64,000 nucleotides of DNA from Vicugna vicugna (taxonomy: Eukaryota). How positions within the stretch are numbered: the first letter of the stretch is position 1; every line of letters starts with the position of its first letter. Location of the stretch: positions 2,637,576-2,701,575 of the forward strand of contig MU057887.1 in NCBI GenBank assembly GCA_013265495.1, in the 5' to 3' direction. A program made the position numbers and the translations under genes. Shown here in pieces: positions 22,701 through 35,360 of the stretch. The notes under the pieces were generated by a model, which saw only the letters and a list, made by a program, of their open reading frames with translations, did not search any database and was not told where the DNA came from.

Positions 22701-25700
22701 GCAAATTCGGGGCCCATTACGCCTCGGTGTCTCCTCCCGTTGGTTTGGGTGGGCCGTGTGGCTGCTCGTGATGAAGACATGGAGGAAGCTTCACTAACCT
22801 GGGATAATGTTCTGGAGATGGTCTAAAGCTGAAAGAGAAGCTCCCCTGGGAGTTGTGTGCTCCTATTTTTCTTTAAAATTGGCTGCATCGAAATCAACCT
22901 GGTGAGACTGTGGTTTCCTTTCCATGTCCCTGCAGGTTCTCATCTGTCCACCAGGAGCATCTTTTCCTTACATACTTAAGAGGACTTGGAGGAGCCAGGA
23001 ACCCGTGAGGGTCCCGGTCCGACAGCTGTCATGGCGGGCGTCAGGTTGGAGGGGCTGGGCGGTGACTCCCGGCCCTGGAGGAGGTCCGCCCAGATGACCG
23101 GCCCTGGTGTGGACCTCCCACTCTCCCAGGGCGGCCCCCACGCTAGGACCTTCTCATCCCTTCCTGGGAAGGGTCCCTGATACCAGTGTGATGGATGCTT
23201 GTCGACCTTGACTTTAATCTGGCTGAGATATCTGTCAGCCTCCTTCTCGGCCAAGTTTCCTCACCCCTCTCCCGTTTCTATTCTGATCTCTTTGGGGGGA
23301 AACCATCAGGTGGACGCCACACTTAAAGGGCGGGGTTACACCCCATCTCTGCGGGCAGAGCGTACGTAAATTACTGGGATGCGTCTGCATGGGAAGTCCC
23401 CCCATTCACTGATTATCATAACCTTTCCTTTCTATGGGTATGACATTTATTTTATCCTTTGGGTTATAATCTAATAGTTCTGTATTCATTCCTTTGCTCA
23501 AGTCGTTCCGCTTTGGGGCTGGGGAAGCAACTTCAGCTGACTCGTGTGTCCCTCGGAAATGCTTCTTTCTGGCCTTTTTGCAGCTCTTGGTTTGGGTTTG
23601 CCTTGCTGGCAGGCACGTCCTCACTCTCCGCCGCAGGCAGCGTAGTCACGTAGCTCCTTCCGCAGTCCTGGGCGCCGACCGGCATTGCTCCGAGGGGCCG
23701 GGTCCTTTTGTTGGAGGGTAGGACCAGATGCCAAGATCTGGCCCGCGGTGTGCTCGTGGCTCCTGGGGTGCCATTTCTTCCAGCCTCACAGGAGTTGACA
23801 GAGCCAGGAAACATCTGTTTGTCCACCAGCCTACGGCCCGAGGTGCACACAGCTATCAACGTTTCTGTGTATAACCACCTGTATTTGTATTCAGTTAAAT
23901 GTGACTTTGTATCGGTATCCAACTGTATTCCATCCCCACGTGAGTTTCTAGCCTCCTTCCTTGTTTATCTGTGAATTCCCACTCCAGCAGTGACAAACCT
24001 GGCTTCCTCCATCTGCCATCCTCTCGCTAAATTGTCCAGTGGCGGTATTGCGTGTGTGGGAGAGTCAGAGCGTCAGCTGTCGCCCTGGGGGGACCTTATC
24101 AGCTGGAACACAGCTCCGGGGCGTCCCTTTTGCCTTTACAGACTCCAGTCGTGTCTGAGGCTCCTTGGTCAGCACCTCCCCACACCCACTTCAGTGAGGT
24201 CATTTCACACGGTCACAGCGCGGCTAGTGTCTCATCACACCCTCTGCGCCTTCCCGGATCCCATAACCTCCTAAACGATCTGTCAAACCCGCATACATTA
24301 AGGTTCACTCTTTGCGCTGCGAAGTGCTGTGAGTTTTGACAGCTGTATCATGCCATCTATTCACAGACTCCATCATCTCTCACACGAATATACACGTTAT
24401 ACATATAATTTATCAGGCACACAGCTGTCACAAGGAAGAGCTTCACAACCTTAAAAAACCTCTGTGCTCCATCTATTCAAGTTCTCCGCCTCCTCCTGAA
24501 ATCCTGGCAGCCAACCACCGATCTTACTGCCGCTAGAATGTTGCCTGTTCCAGAATACCGTGTGCTTGGTGGTGTACAGCGTGCAGCTTTTTCAGACTGA
24601 CTTCCTGCACTTAGCAATATGCATCTGAGGTTGACCTATGTTTTTCGTGGCTTCCTAGCTCATTCGTTTTTACGACTTAATGACATTTCATTGTCTGGAC
24701 GCGCCAGGGGTCGTTTATCCATTCACCGACTGAAGGACATCTCGGCGGCCTACGGGTTTTGGTGATTATGAGAAAAGCTGCTATAAACATTCACGTGCAG
24801 GTTTCTGTGCAGACACAAGTCTTCAGACCAGCTGAGTAAATACCACTAAGTATGACTGCCAGGTTGCACAGTAAGACTTGATGAGCCTTGGAAGAAACTT
24901 CCTAACTGTCTTCCAAGTTGGCATTCCCGCCGGCCATGAGTGACATGTCCCATCTTGCATTCCCGCCGGCTAGGAATGACATGTCCTTTTCAGCATCCGC
25001 ATCAAGACTCGGTATCGCCTGCTGTATGTGCACGTTGGCCATTGCAATGGGGTTTATTTGGATGTCATCACTGTTTTAATTTACCACTCCGTGATGACAA
25101 GTTCTGTTGAACACTTTCTCCCATGTTCCTTTGCTCTCTGTGTATCTTTTTTAGGTCGAGTGTCTGTTCAGTCAAACCTCTTCCCCATTTTTCAGTTGGA
25201 TTGTTTTCCCATGGCTGAGTTTTAAGAGTTCTTTGTATATTTTGCATGCAATTCCTTTGGAGAGATGGTCTCACAAGTGTTTTCTGACCTGTCTTTTCGT
25301 CTTCTTATGAAACATTTGCAGAACAGAAGTTTATCCTTTTAATAAAGTTCAACTAATTTTTTTCCTTCATGGGTCATGCTTTGTGGTTTTATCTGAAGTT
25401 CCATCACTAAACCCAAGGTCACCTTGACTCCCGTGCTCCCTTCTGGAAGTTTTGAAGTTTTTGCATTTTGCCTTTCGAGCTCTGATCTTATTTAGTTAAT
25501 TCTGGTTGAAGGTACGTGTCTAGTTTTGAGTTTTTCCAGCATCATTGGTCGATAAGCCCGTCCTTTCTGCACTGAACTGCCTTTGATGCTTTCTCAGGTA
25601 TCAGCTGATCACCTTTTGTGGGTTTTTTTCCTGATTCTCTCTCTTCCTCCACTGACCTGTGAGTCTAGCCTCTCACCAATGCCAATTCACCCTGATCACC

Positions 25701-27031
25701 GCATAGTGAGTCTTGAAATCACATAGTGTGTGTTTTCCAGGTTTGTTTTCATCACTTCTGTGTTAGCTGTCCTAGGCCTTTTGTCTTTCTGTATAAATTT
25801 TAGAATCACTTTGTCAACATCTACACAATAGCTTGCTGGGATTTTTATGGGGGTAGCATGCAGTCAACAGGTCAAATTGGGAAGAGCTGCATTTTTAAAT
25901 TATTGAGTCTTCTATCTCATGAACATAGACCATCCGTCCATTTATTTAGAAAGCTGATTTCTCTTATCAGAGCTTTACGGTTTATTGCATGTAAATCCTA
26001 AACATATTCTGTTATGTTTTCATTTGTATTCATATACGTTTTGGGATTCTTTGGGGATGAGATACGTTATTAAATGGCATTGTGTTTATTAATTTCAAAT
26101 TTCAAACATTCACAGCTGGTACATAAGAAATCGATTGATTTTTGCACATTAACTTGGTATACTGCAGCCCCCCTCTGATCCTACACTCATTCCAGAAGTT
26201 ACCATGTGTGCTGTTTGGGGTTTACACAGACAACCATATCACCTGTGGACGAGATTTCATTCCTTCTCTGTTTAATCTTCACATAGTTTTTGTATTATCT
26301 GTGTAATATTCCCCCTTGCCTCGCCTTGTTGCACTAAGACTTCCAGTAAGATGTTTAATAGGAGTTTTGAGAGGTGATAGCTTTACTTGTCCCCCATCTC
26401 AGGGGGACAGCATTTGGCTTCTCACCATTGCATGTGAAGTTAGCTGTGGATTTCTGTAGATTGTCTCTGTCGACATGAGAAAGTTCTCCTCTGTTTCTAG
26501 GTTTCTGAGAGCTTGCATCCTGGATGGGTGTTGGGTTTTTGTCAAGTGCTTTTCCTGCCTTATCGATACAGACATACGATTTTTCTTGTTTACCCTGTTG
26601 ATGTGATGTATAGTATTAGTTGACTTTTTTGAATGTTGAACCAGCTTTGTGTGCCTGGGACAAATACCACTTGGCCGTGGTGTGTAATCTGTCTTATACA
26701 TAGTTGGACTCGGTTTGCTGACATATCGCTAAGAATTTTGGGGTCGATGGTCATGAGCAATATTGATCTGAAGTCTTCCTTCCTTGTGATTCCTTGTCTG
26801 GTTTTGATTTTAGGGTAATGTGGGCCTTTTAGAGTGACTTAAGGAAGTACTCCCTCTGCTCCTAATTTCTGGAAGAGATGGTAGAGAATTGGAATAATTT
26901 ATCACTTAAATGTTTGGCAGAATTCACCAGGGGCTCCATCTGAGCCTGGCTCTTTCTGTTATGGAAGGTTATTAACTATTGATTCCAAATTTTAATAGAT
27001 ATAGACCATTCCAATCATCTGTTTTTCCTTC

Positions 27032-27479
27032 TGTTAAAATCAAACACAAAAGGAGACCAGACTTGAGAACCCCCTGAGCAGACAAAACCAGCTTATTCAT
27101 ATAAACAGAGCTTAATTTAGCTTCTTTTGCAAGACAAGTGAGGTTAACTTGACCTAGGTCACTTCTTGCTTATGCCTCTAAAAATCACAAGCAGACCTCA
27201 AATAGCTTCCCAAAATTGGCACGAGGTAACCGCTAACCAGTTCCCTTTCGTTTAAGAAAATTCTCACACTGTCACCCATTCTGTAAAGCATAAACTCTCC
27301 TGGCCTCCAGATCACATGAGCTGCTTTATAATCATGTACCTCTGAGCTTCATTGTGTGCCTTGTCTTGAGTGCTCCCTGTTGGCAAACTGTCTTTTTTGG
27401 TGTGTGCACAATACATTCTACTAATTACTACTTCAGTGACTCATTGGTTTTACTTCTGTATTTTTCTGAACTTTTGATA
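27032..27479 (+). mobile_element. Solo ERV1-class LTR inserted in the L1
   Basis: Starts TGTTAAAA and ends TTTGATA (decayed ...CA). Flanked by 4-bp TSD cttc (27028-27031, 27480-27483); the L1 is colinear across it. Confidence 0.8.
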
Positions 27480-29944
27480 CTTCTATGAGTTTTGGTGGAT
27501 TATTCTCTGTAAAGAAAATTTCCCATTTCATCTAAAGTGTTACATTTCTGGACTTGGAGTCATTCAGAATGTTCCTTTGGTATCATTTTGTTGTCCATGG
27601 GATCAATAATGTGAATGCCTCTTACATTTCTGAATTTAAAAATCTCTGTCTCTGTCTCTGTCTGTCTCTCTGTCTGTTTAGCCTGTCAAGATATTCATCA
27701 ATTTTATTGATCTTCTCCAGAAACCAGTTTTTGGTTTCGTTGATCTACTGTTTTCTTTTTTTCAATTTCATTGCTTTCTGCTATAATTTTCATTATTTCT
27801 TCTCATCTGTTTCCTTTAGGTATAATTTGCTCTTCTATTTTCTAGTCTAAGGTGAAGCTTAAATGATTGATTTTAGATCTTTCTTCTTTCCTCATATTTG
27901 CATTCAATGCTAAAAACTCTTCTCAGCACTGCTTTTGCTGTTTCCCACCCATTTTGATAAGCTGAAATAAGCTGTATTATTTATTTAATTCAAAATATGA
28001 TATTTTAAATTCCTTTGAGAGTCCTTTGACTTATGTACTATTTAGGAGGGAGTTGCTGAATCCCCAAATATTTTGCAATATGACAGGTTTGATTCCTGTT
28101 TCTGACTTCTGTTTTAATTCCACTGTGGGCTGAAAGCATAATTTGTATTATTTCTGTTACTTTAAATGTATTAAGATGTGTTTTATGACCCAGGATATGG
28201 CCTTTCTTGAATGTTCCGTGTGGACCTAGGAATGACATGGACGGGCTGTTGTGGAGCTGTCAGTTCGATCAAGTGGGCTGATGGAGGCGTTCACGTCAGG
28301 CACACTTACTGGTCTCCTGCCCGGCTACTCTGTCAGTCACTCAGGAGGGTGTCAAAGTCTCCCACAGTCGGGGCTGTCTCTTCTCCTTACAGTTCTGTCA
28401 GCTGTTGCCTCGTATATTCTGACATTCTGGTTTTAGGCATGTGCACAGTAAGGACTCTTGGAGAACTGACTTATTTATCACTATACAATGCCCCTCCTCA
28501 TCGCTGATAATTTTCCTCGTCTGAAGGCTGCCCTTTCTAAAATTAATACAGCTATTCTTTTTCTATTTTGATTAGTGCTAGTATGGTCTCTCTTTCTCCA
28601 CCCTTTACTTTTAATCTCGATGTGACTTTATATCTAAAGCAGTTTCCTCATAGATGACATGTAGCTGGAAGTTATGTTTTTCAGCCACTCTAATGGTCTC
28701 TGTCTTTGAATTCATCTATTCAGACCATTCATATTGAAGGTGATGATCAGTACAGTTGAATTAGTTCCTACCATGTTTATGGATCTTTCCTATTGTGCTT
28801 TTTCTTTGCTTAATTTTTCTACTCTTTTTCTGCCTTCTCTGGTTTCCCTTGAGCATTTCATGTGATTCAGTTTTCTTCCTTAGCATACCAATTACAACCC
28901 TTTTTAAATTCTGTAGTGGTTTTCCTAGTGGTTTCAAGATACATTTGCAGTGAATCCAGGTCCACTTTCAAATGACACTGTACTGCTTCAAATGTAATAC
29001 AGGTACCATGTAACAGAGTGCTCCTAATCCATCCCTCCTGCCCCTTGTGACCCTGCATCCTTCGCTTCGCTTACCCACGTGCTGTAGTCAGCAGTGCATC
29101 ACTGCTGTTGCTGCTTCTGATGGCTACCCTTTAGGTCGATTAAAAACCAGAGAAAAATTTAGAGTTATTTTTCCTCCATTTATTCCTTGTCTGGAGCTCC
29201 TCCCTCCTTTGTACGGATCTGAGTTTATGACCTACATCATTCTCCTTCTTCGCTGAAGAGGTCCTAAGACTGTAAGGTTTCGTGCAGGTTTGCTTGCTGT
29301 GAATTCATCCGGGTTTTTTCGTTTTTGTTTTTGTCTAAGGAAGTTCTTATTTCTATTTCACTGTTGAAATAGAACTTACCGGGTACAGAATTCTAGGCTG
29401 GTGTCTTCTCTTCCCAGACTTTAAATAATTAGCTCACTTCTTCTTACTGTCACGGTTTCTGAAGAGCTGGCCCGTGCGACTCTCATCCCTGTTCTGGTAG
29501 GTGGTGTTCGTCTTCCTTTGGTTTCTTTCAAGATCGTCTCTTGGTCTTTGATTTTCTGAGGTTCAAATAGGGTATGTCTAGGTGCAGATTTTTTAGTATC
29601 TATCCTGAGTTTCCCAGACCTACGGTGTTGTGTCTGTTACTAATTTGGTGAGATTCTCTGCTGTTAGTACTTTAAATATTCCTCCTGCTCCTTTCCGTCT
29701 TTCTTCTCCTTCTGGTTTTCCCAGTACATGTATGTTAGAAGCTTTTTATGTCCCCACAGTTCTCGGATATTCTTCCTCCACCCACCCCCCATTTTAATTC
29801 ATTACTTTTTCTCTTTCCATTTCAGTTTGACAAGTTTCCTTTGACATGTCTTCAAACTCACTGATTCTTTTCTCAGCTGTCTACTTGTGAGCCCATCAGA
29901 GTCATTCTTTATTTCTGTTATGGGATGAAAAATAGCCTTCCTTG

Positions 29945-30165
29945 GCAACTAGAGTTAATAATGCTGTGTTACACACTTGAATGTTTCCAAGATGGTAACT
30001 TTAAAAAGTCCTCATCACAGGGAAAATAATTCTGTAAATATGTGGGGCGATGGATGTTAACTAGACATTGTGGCCATCATTTCACATTATATATAGATGT
30101 CGAATCATGATGTCATACACCTGAAACTAACATAATGTTGTATGTCAGTTACTCTTTAACAAAAC
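29945..30165 (+). mobile_element. L1MA9/L1MA10-like 3' end nested in the older L1, opposite orientation
   Basis: aaaagtcctcatcacagggaaaa ... gatggatgttaactagac ... tacacctgaaactaacataatgttgtatgtca; degenerate TSD aaaatagccttccttggca / aaaacgcccttcctagca. Confidence 0.85.
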
Positions 30166-31321
30166 GCCCTTCCTAGCATTTCCTTTCAATTCTGTCTTGT
30201 GGTTCCCATCTCTTTGCTTACCTAACTCCCCTGTTCTTGTATGTGACAGCTTCTTCCCCATTCGAGCCCTTAGTGTATTAATCATGGTGATTTTAAATTC
30301 CCTGCCTGGTAATTGCAAAATCAGTCTTGTATCTGAGTCTGACTCTGAAGCTTACTTGGCCTCAGTGTTTTCTCTCACCTTTAGCGTGCCCCGTAACTTT
30401 GTGCTGCAGCCTGGACATGGTATCTTGGGTGGACACTGAGATAAAAGGCCCTCAGTGTGCGTTAGGTTTCTCCGGCTAGAAGTTGGGCTGTCTTTAGTGT
30501 TCACTGCAGCTATAGGTCCCAGAGGCTTCAAATTCCTGTAACGTCCTTGCTTTCGTCTCCTCTGCTGAGCCTGGGTTTCCCTAAGAACTCCTTCTCAATG
30601 TGAGCATCCACGTTCCAGCGATTTCAGCACAAGCCTCTGTCATGACGGAGTCCTGCTGACGGGGTGTAAGGTGTGGGAAGAGCTGGGTCTTAGTGTGAAA
30701 CCTGTCTTTCAGTGGGGCTGCGTCCTGAGCTGTGGCGCTCACAAGTGCTCCTTAGCTTCGTGCCTGCTCTCGGGTGGTGCCCGGGGGCTCCAGGGGCTGG
30801 AGCTGGGGGATCTCATTTCCCCCTCCAGCCCAGGCCAGATCGGTCTCTGCTGACGTCTGTCCCCTGCAGGGTCAGGCTTGTTACGGGAAGTGCTCCGAGC
30901 TGTTTCAGATGGGGCTGCTTTTCCCCTCCCCCTGCCAGAGCTGCCAGGGGGTTTCCTTGCCCTTCACTGTGAGGACCCACTGGGATCCCTACGGGCAAAA
31001 CCCATGAAACAAGGACCCCTAGGGCGGGAGCACGGGGAGGCGTCCACCTTCGGCCTCCAGCATTTGTCAAAATCAGCCTGTAAGTCTTGCTTCCAGTTTC
31101 TGCCTCCAGTGGCTGCTGCTCTGAACTAAGCTGACCTCGGCCCTGATCCTCTTTGTCTTTTTCCGCAGATTTTGGGTGGTGGTTTGCCCTGCTACCTCCA
31201 CTCTCTGATGGTTCAAGAAGAGTCACTGGTTTTTATTCTGTGCGGCATTTCTTCTTCTTAATGTAAGACGAAACAGACAACTTCCAAGCTTTCCTTGTGG
31301 TGGTTGAAACTGGATGTTCCT

Positions 31322-31940
31322 AAATAGACTTTTATTTTAGAATTGACAGAAAAGTTGCAAAAATAGCCCATTGAGTCCCCACACACGCCCACACTCAACT
31401 CCCCCGTTGCTAACATCCCACGTTGCCGAGGCGTGTCTGTCACACCTGATGGGCAGCGGTGGCAGATCATTATTAATAAAGTCCGTGCTTTACTGGGTGT
31501 CATTAGTTTTATCCTGATGCCCTTTGTCTGTCCCGGGAGCCCGTCCAGGGCGCGACATGGCGCTTCGTTTGCTGGCAGACTCCTCTGTGCTCTGGTGGGT
31601 TTTCGGAGCTTTCTTGTTTTTGATGACCTTGACGTTTTAGTGAGCCCTGGACAGGCTTTTCATAAAACATCCTTTACTTGGGTTTGTCTGATGTTTTCCC
31701 ACAGTTAAGCTGCGTGTATTTGTTTCTGGTTTGAAGGCCGTGGAGGGACACAGCGCCTCGAATATCCCCTCACCTCAGGACACGCGCCTTCAACGCGACA
31801 ATCACCACTATGCCGACTCTGATCACCTGGGTGAGGCGCGTCTGTCAGGCTCCCCCGCTGTTACTGATTTGCCCGACGTCCCGCACTGTCCTCTCCAGAA
31901 GGGAGTCGCAACGCACAGCCCGCACTGAACAGGTGGGAAA
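31322..31940 (-). mobile_element. L1MC3/4-like 3' UTR
   Basis: ttttagaattgacagaaaagttgcaaaaatag, cttgtttttgatgaccttgacgtttt, ttgggtttgtctgatgttttc, gatcacctgggtgagg. Confidence 0.8.
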
Positions 31941-31984
31941 GAAACTGTGATTTGATGAACGGAGGGGATTGTCAGAGATTCTTT

Positions 31985-32098
31985 ATGTGTGGGGGAGAAT
32001 GTACACGTCTGTGTGTGTGTATAAATGCGTATTTGTATATATATGTGTGTATATGTGTTATACATATGTGGTGTGTATGCACACACACACACACACAA
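31985..32098. repeat. (TG)/(TA)/(CA) simple repeats
   Basis: Direct observation. Confidence 0.9.
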
Positions 32099-32489
32099 GC
32101 ACCCTCCACTTTTCGGAAGCTCACTTCCACACTACTTTGCTTTCACAAAAGGTCCACGTTAGCACCTGCTTTCGCTAGCCAAAGGGTGTTACAGTATTTT
32201 CCCTTTTATGAGAAAAGACAAAGCTCGGAAACGGGGCCGGTGTCTGTCTTGCAGCGCGCGTCACAGAGGTAGCGCCACCGGAGCGAGCAGCGCGAGGGGC
32301 CCCGCCGGCTTCCCGGGGCCGCGCTCAGCACGGCGACCTGCGGCCGCCGCAGCCGTGGCCGGGGCTGTGAGCGGCTGGGCTCCGTCTCCACTCGCTCTGT
32401 GCATCGTGAGCAGGACGTGTCCGGAGGCGATCGCTTCTCTGCTTTACGCTGCCTCAGTTTACACGAGGTTTCTTGGGGACGCTACTTAC

Positions 32490-32525
32490 TGTTGGCTGCG
32501 ATGCCTGGATGTCAGTTGTATAAAC
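32490..32525 (-). other. Candidate 36-nt microexon
   Basis: Minus strand tatatttccag|GTTTATACAACTGACATCCAGGCATCGCAGCCAACA|gtaagtag; length is a multiple of 3; unique sequence. Confidence 0.4.
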
Positions 32526-32529
32526 CTGG

Positions 32530-33057
32530 AAATATATATATATATAGTCCTTTAGCAGGTGGAAGAACAAAATACACATATACTCTCAAATAGGTGTGTG
32601 TGTGCGTGTGTTCTCCTCCATCTGTTAGAGGAAGGTACACACATGTACACACCTGCCGCCTTGAGCTCACCTACCTACTGCTGTATGTGTGTGTGTGTGT
32701 ATCTGTATGCGTGTACATACACACATAAAATTCATATAAATATACATGTGTACATACGTGTGTATGTACAATGTACATAGTATATATCTGTGTGTATATA
32801 TGTATCTGTACCCACATATGTAAAATACATATAGATACATATGGGCATATATATTTATTTTTAACATTATTTTAACATCTATACGTATGTAAGTATTTTA
32901 TATGTGTATATATGTGTACAGATACATATATGCACATAGATACATACTATACATGCATTACACACACATACGCACATACACGTGTCTGTGTGTTTAGACG
33001 AGTGTACATGCACACGGCTGCACACGTACACACATGCATGCATCCCTATGCACGCAT
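32530..33057. repeat. Long alternating purine-pyrimidine (TA/TG/CA) low-complexity tract
   Basis: Direct observation. Confidence 0.9.
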
Positions 33058-33194
33058 GGCGGTGAGCGGAGGAGCTGGGCTAAGGCAGCAGCTGTCACAC
33101 GAGGGAAGGGCTGGAGAGGACAGGCTCAGGCAGTGGCCGTGGAAATGCCGCTGTCGGTGCAGAGCTGAGAGACGCTCCTCCCTGATCTCAGTCG

Positions 33195-33700
33195 CTCGTC
33201 CACTCGTTTGTTCAATCAACACGGCGTCCTTGCACCTCTGACACGCCCCCAGTACCAAGCTCAGGATTACCCGTCTCCTGGAAGCTGAAAGGGCTGAGAT
33301 GCTTCCACCCAGCAGTTCGGGGAAGACGGTAAAAAGCAGACATCTGAAAGCTGATCACAGGCATGCGTGAGGCTGCGATGGTGGCCATGTACGAGCAGGT
33401 GTGTCCGGGGCTCGGCCCCAGCCTGGGCCTGCGGAGGACCCCCTGAGCTGTGACGCTGAGCTGAGGGACCAGGTGAGCGCGGAGCAGGAAGGAGGCCGGG
33501 GGGCACTCCCGGCAGAGGGGACGACTGTGCAGATGGCCTGGGAGGGGTTAGAGGGACAGAAAGGCGACCACCGTGATTGGAACCTGAGGGTGCGCGGGGA
33601 GGTGGAGGAGGGGAGGCTGGAGGGCGCAGCAGAAGAGCGTGCGTAACGCGGGGCTGTGTTTGCAGGAGAGCCGGGGAGAACCATATGGGATCAACACCTG
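33195..33700 (-). mobile_element. L2 LINE remnant, GC-shifted
   Basis: cactcgtttgttcaatcaac ... gtgacgctgagctgagg ... gcactcccggcagaggggacgactgtgcagatggcctgggagg. Confidence 0.55.
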
Positions 33701-34929
33701 GGACCAGGGAGGAGATAACAGAGCAGGTGGAGAAGGGGAGGGAGGAGAGCAGTCTTAGCAGAACCTGGAGCCAAAGTAAGAGAGCGGGGGCCGGCTGGCA
33801 CGATAAGTGAGCAGTCGAGTTTAGTGAAACCCAGGTTTATAAATGAGGTGCAGCAGGAGCTTGTGTCCGGAAAGCAGGTGGGGCAAAGGGCTGCTGGGGC
33901 CCAGGGCAGGGGAGTGGGTGAGGAAGGGGGGGCTGCACACTGGAAGCAATTTCTGACTCTCAGTCCATTCATCTGCTCATTCACTCACTTGTTCAATTTC
34001 CATTGAAAGCTCGACTCTTCACTGAGGTCACAGTATTTCATTCAGCAACAGACGTGGGGCGCTTCGCCTGCCAAATGGAGGATCTGGTCTTCGATTCTGT
34101 TCACAACGAGTCAGATGGGGGTTTCTAGGTAAAGGAGCGACAAGGCAGCACCAACAGTGGGAACCAGCTCCAGGCTGCAGGGGGCTCGTCAGCCTTGCCC
34201 ACCGTGGTGTCTCAGCGCAGCAGTCAGCAGGGATCAGCCAGGCTCGCCATGGGGAAAGGTCACCAGAGCTGGGCACGGAGCGACAGGTGCACAGGCAGAC
34301 ATGTGGGGGGTGTGGACCAGGCACAAGGGCCCCCGGGAGGCTGCCGGTGTCGCCCGTGCACAGAGGGTCTGCCCAGAGCAGAGCAGTGAGCATGAAAGAA
34401 AGGGGGCAGACCCTCGAGGTAGCTGTCCCAGCGCCACTTCCCCCGAGCAGACCCCACCTCCAGGTGCCTGTGGAAGGGCTGTGATCAGGCAGTGACACTG
34501 GAAGAAGACACAGGGGATGGAGGATGCAGAGGAAGGTGCGATTTCAGGCAAAGGGCCGTGGAGGCACCTCCCACCTGCGGCTCAGGGGCCTCTCTGCAAG
34601 GAGAGGACGGACGCCTCCAAGATGTCCCGACCCAGGACGGCCAGGCAGAGTGTCCCCGCTGGGGAGGACCTGCTCACCATCTCGCAGGCACGTCTGGCCT
34701 TTGTGGGCGCAGGGGACGCACTGCCCGGAGCCCAGGGACCGACCCGCAGCGCTGCAGACACAGAAGAGCGAGCGTCAGAGAGGAGAGGGGTCTACAGGCG
34801 TCCAGGCAGCACCCGACCCCACCGGCCCTCCCTGTGTCTCCAGGCCACTCTCCTGGGGCGTGTGCACACGCACGCGCATGCACACACACACACGCAGAGT
34901 TTTCACCCGGTTACAGTCACAGCATGCAC

Positions 34930-35360
34930 GCAGTTGTACACCATAGACATTTTTATGTGGCTTTGTGCTTCGTTTTGTGATTATAATTTTGAAGGCCTGA
35001 GTAATGGTCCATCAAATGACGGGCCGCCGTGCACTAACTCAGACTCTCAGTGGACCAGGTCTTGTCAGTCCCTCTGGGCCACGGAGAACGCTGCGCTGGA
35101 GACACATCCACACGAGCCCGTCCGTCAGGGGTGGCCTCCTGGGGGCCCATCCTGAGCCGGGGGGCGCCTGGCAGACGTAGACCCACATGACGTCCTTCCA
35201 CGCCCGGAGCAGGGTGTCACCACATCAGTTCCGACCTAGCCACCCCGCGCCCGGCACTCCCAGCGTGGGTGCTTCTCCCACCAGGATGGGGGCTCTCCAG
35301 GGCAGGCTGGCCCCTTTGGGCTCACGGCTACGTCCCCCAGCCCCTCGAACATGCTGGCGA
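34930..35360 (-). mobile_element. Possible L1ME remnant
   Basis: gcctgagtaatggtccatc, acggagaacgctgcgctggagacacatcc; weak similarity to the antisense L1 ORF2 end. Confidence 0.35.

Larger units (their letters stand above)
22870..31320 (-). mobile_element. Near-full-length ancient L1 (L1MD/L1MC-type), non-coding, with nested insertions
   Basis: Continuous antisense 3'UTR (~22.9-24.7 kb), ORF2 and ORF1/5' region. ORF2 remnants in the ORF track include TNTIHHINRVNK (26399-26701) and HILGHKTHLNTFKVTEIIQIMLSAHSGIK (28038-28238). The 5' end reads caacttccaagct...gttgaaactggatgttcc. Confidence 0.85.
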
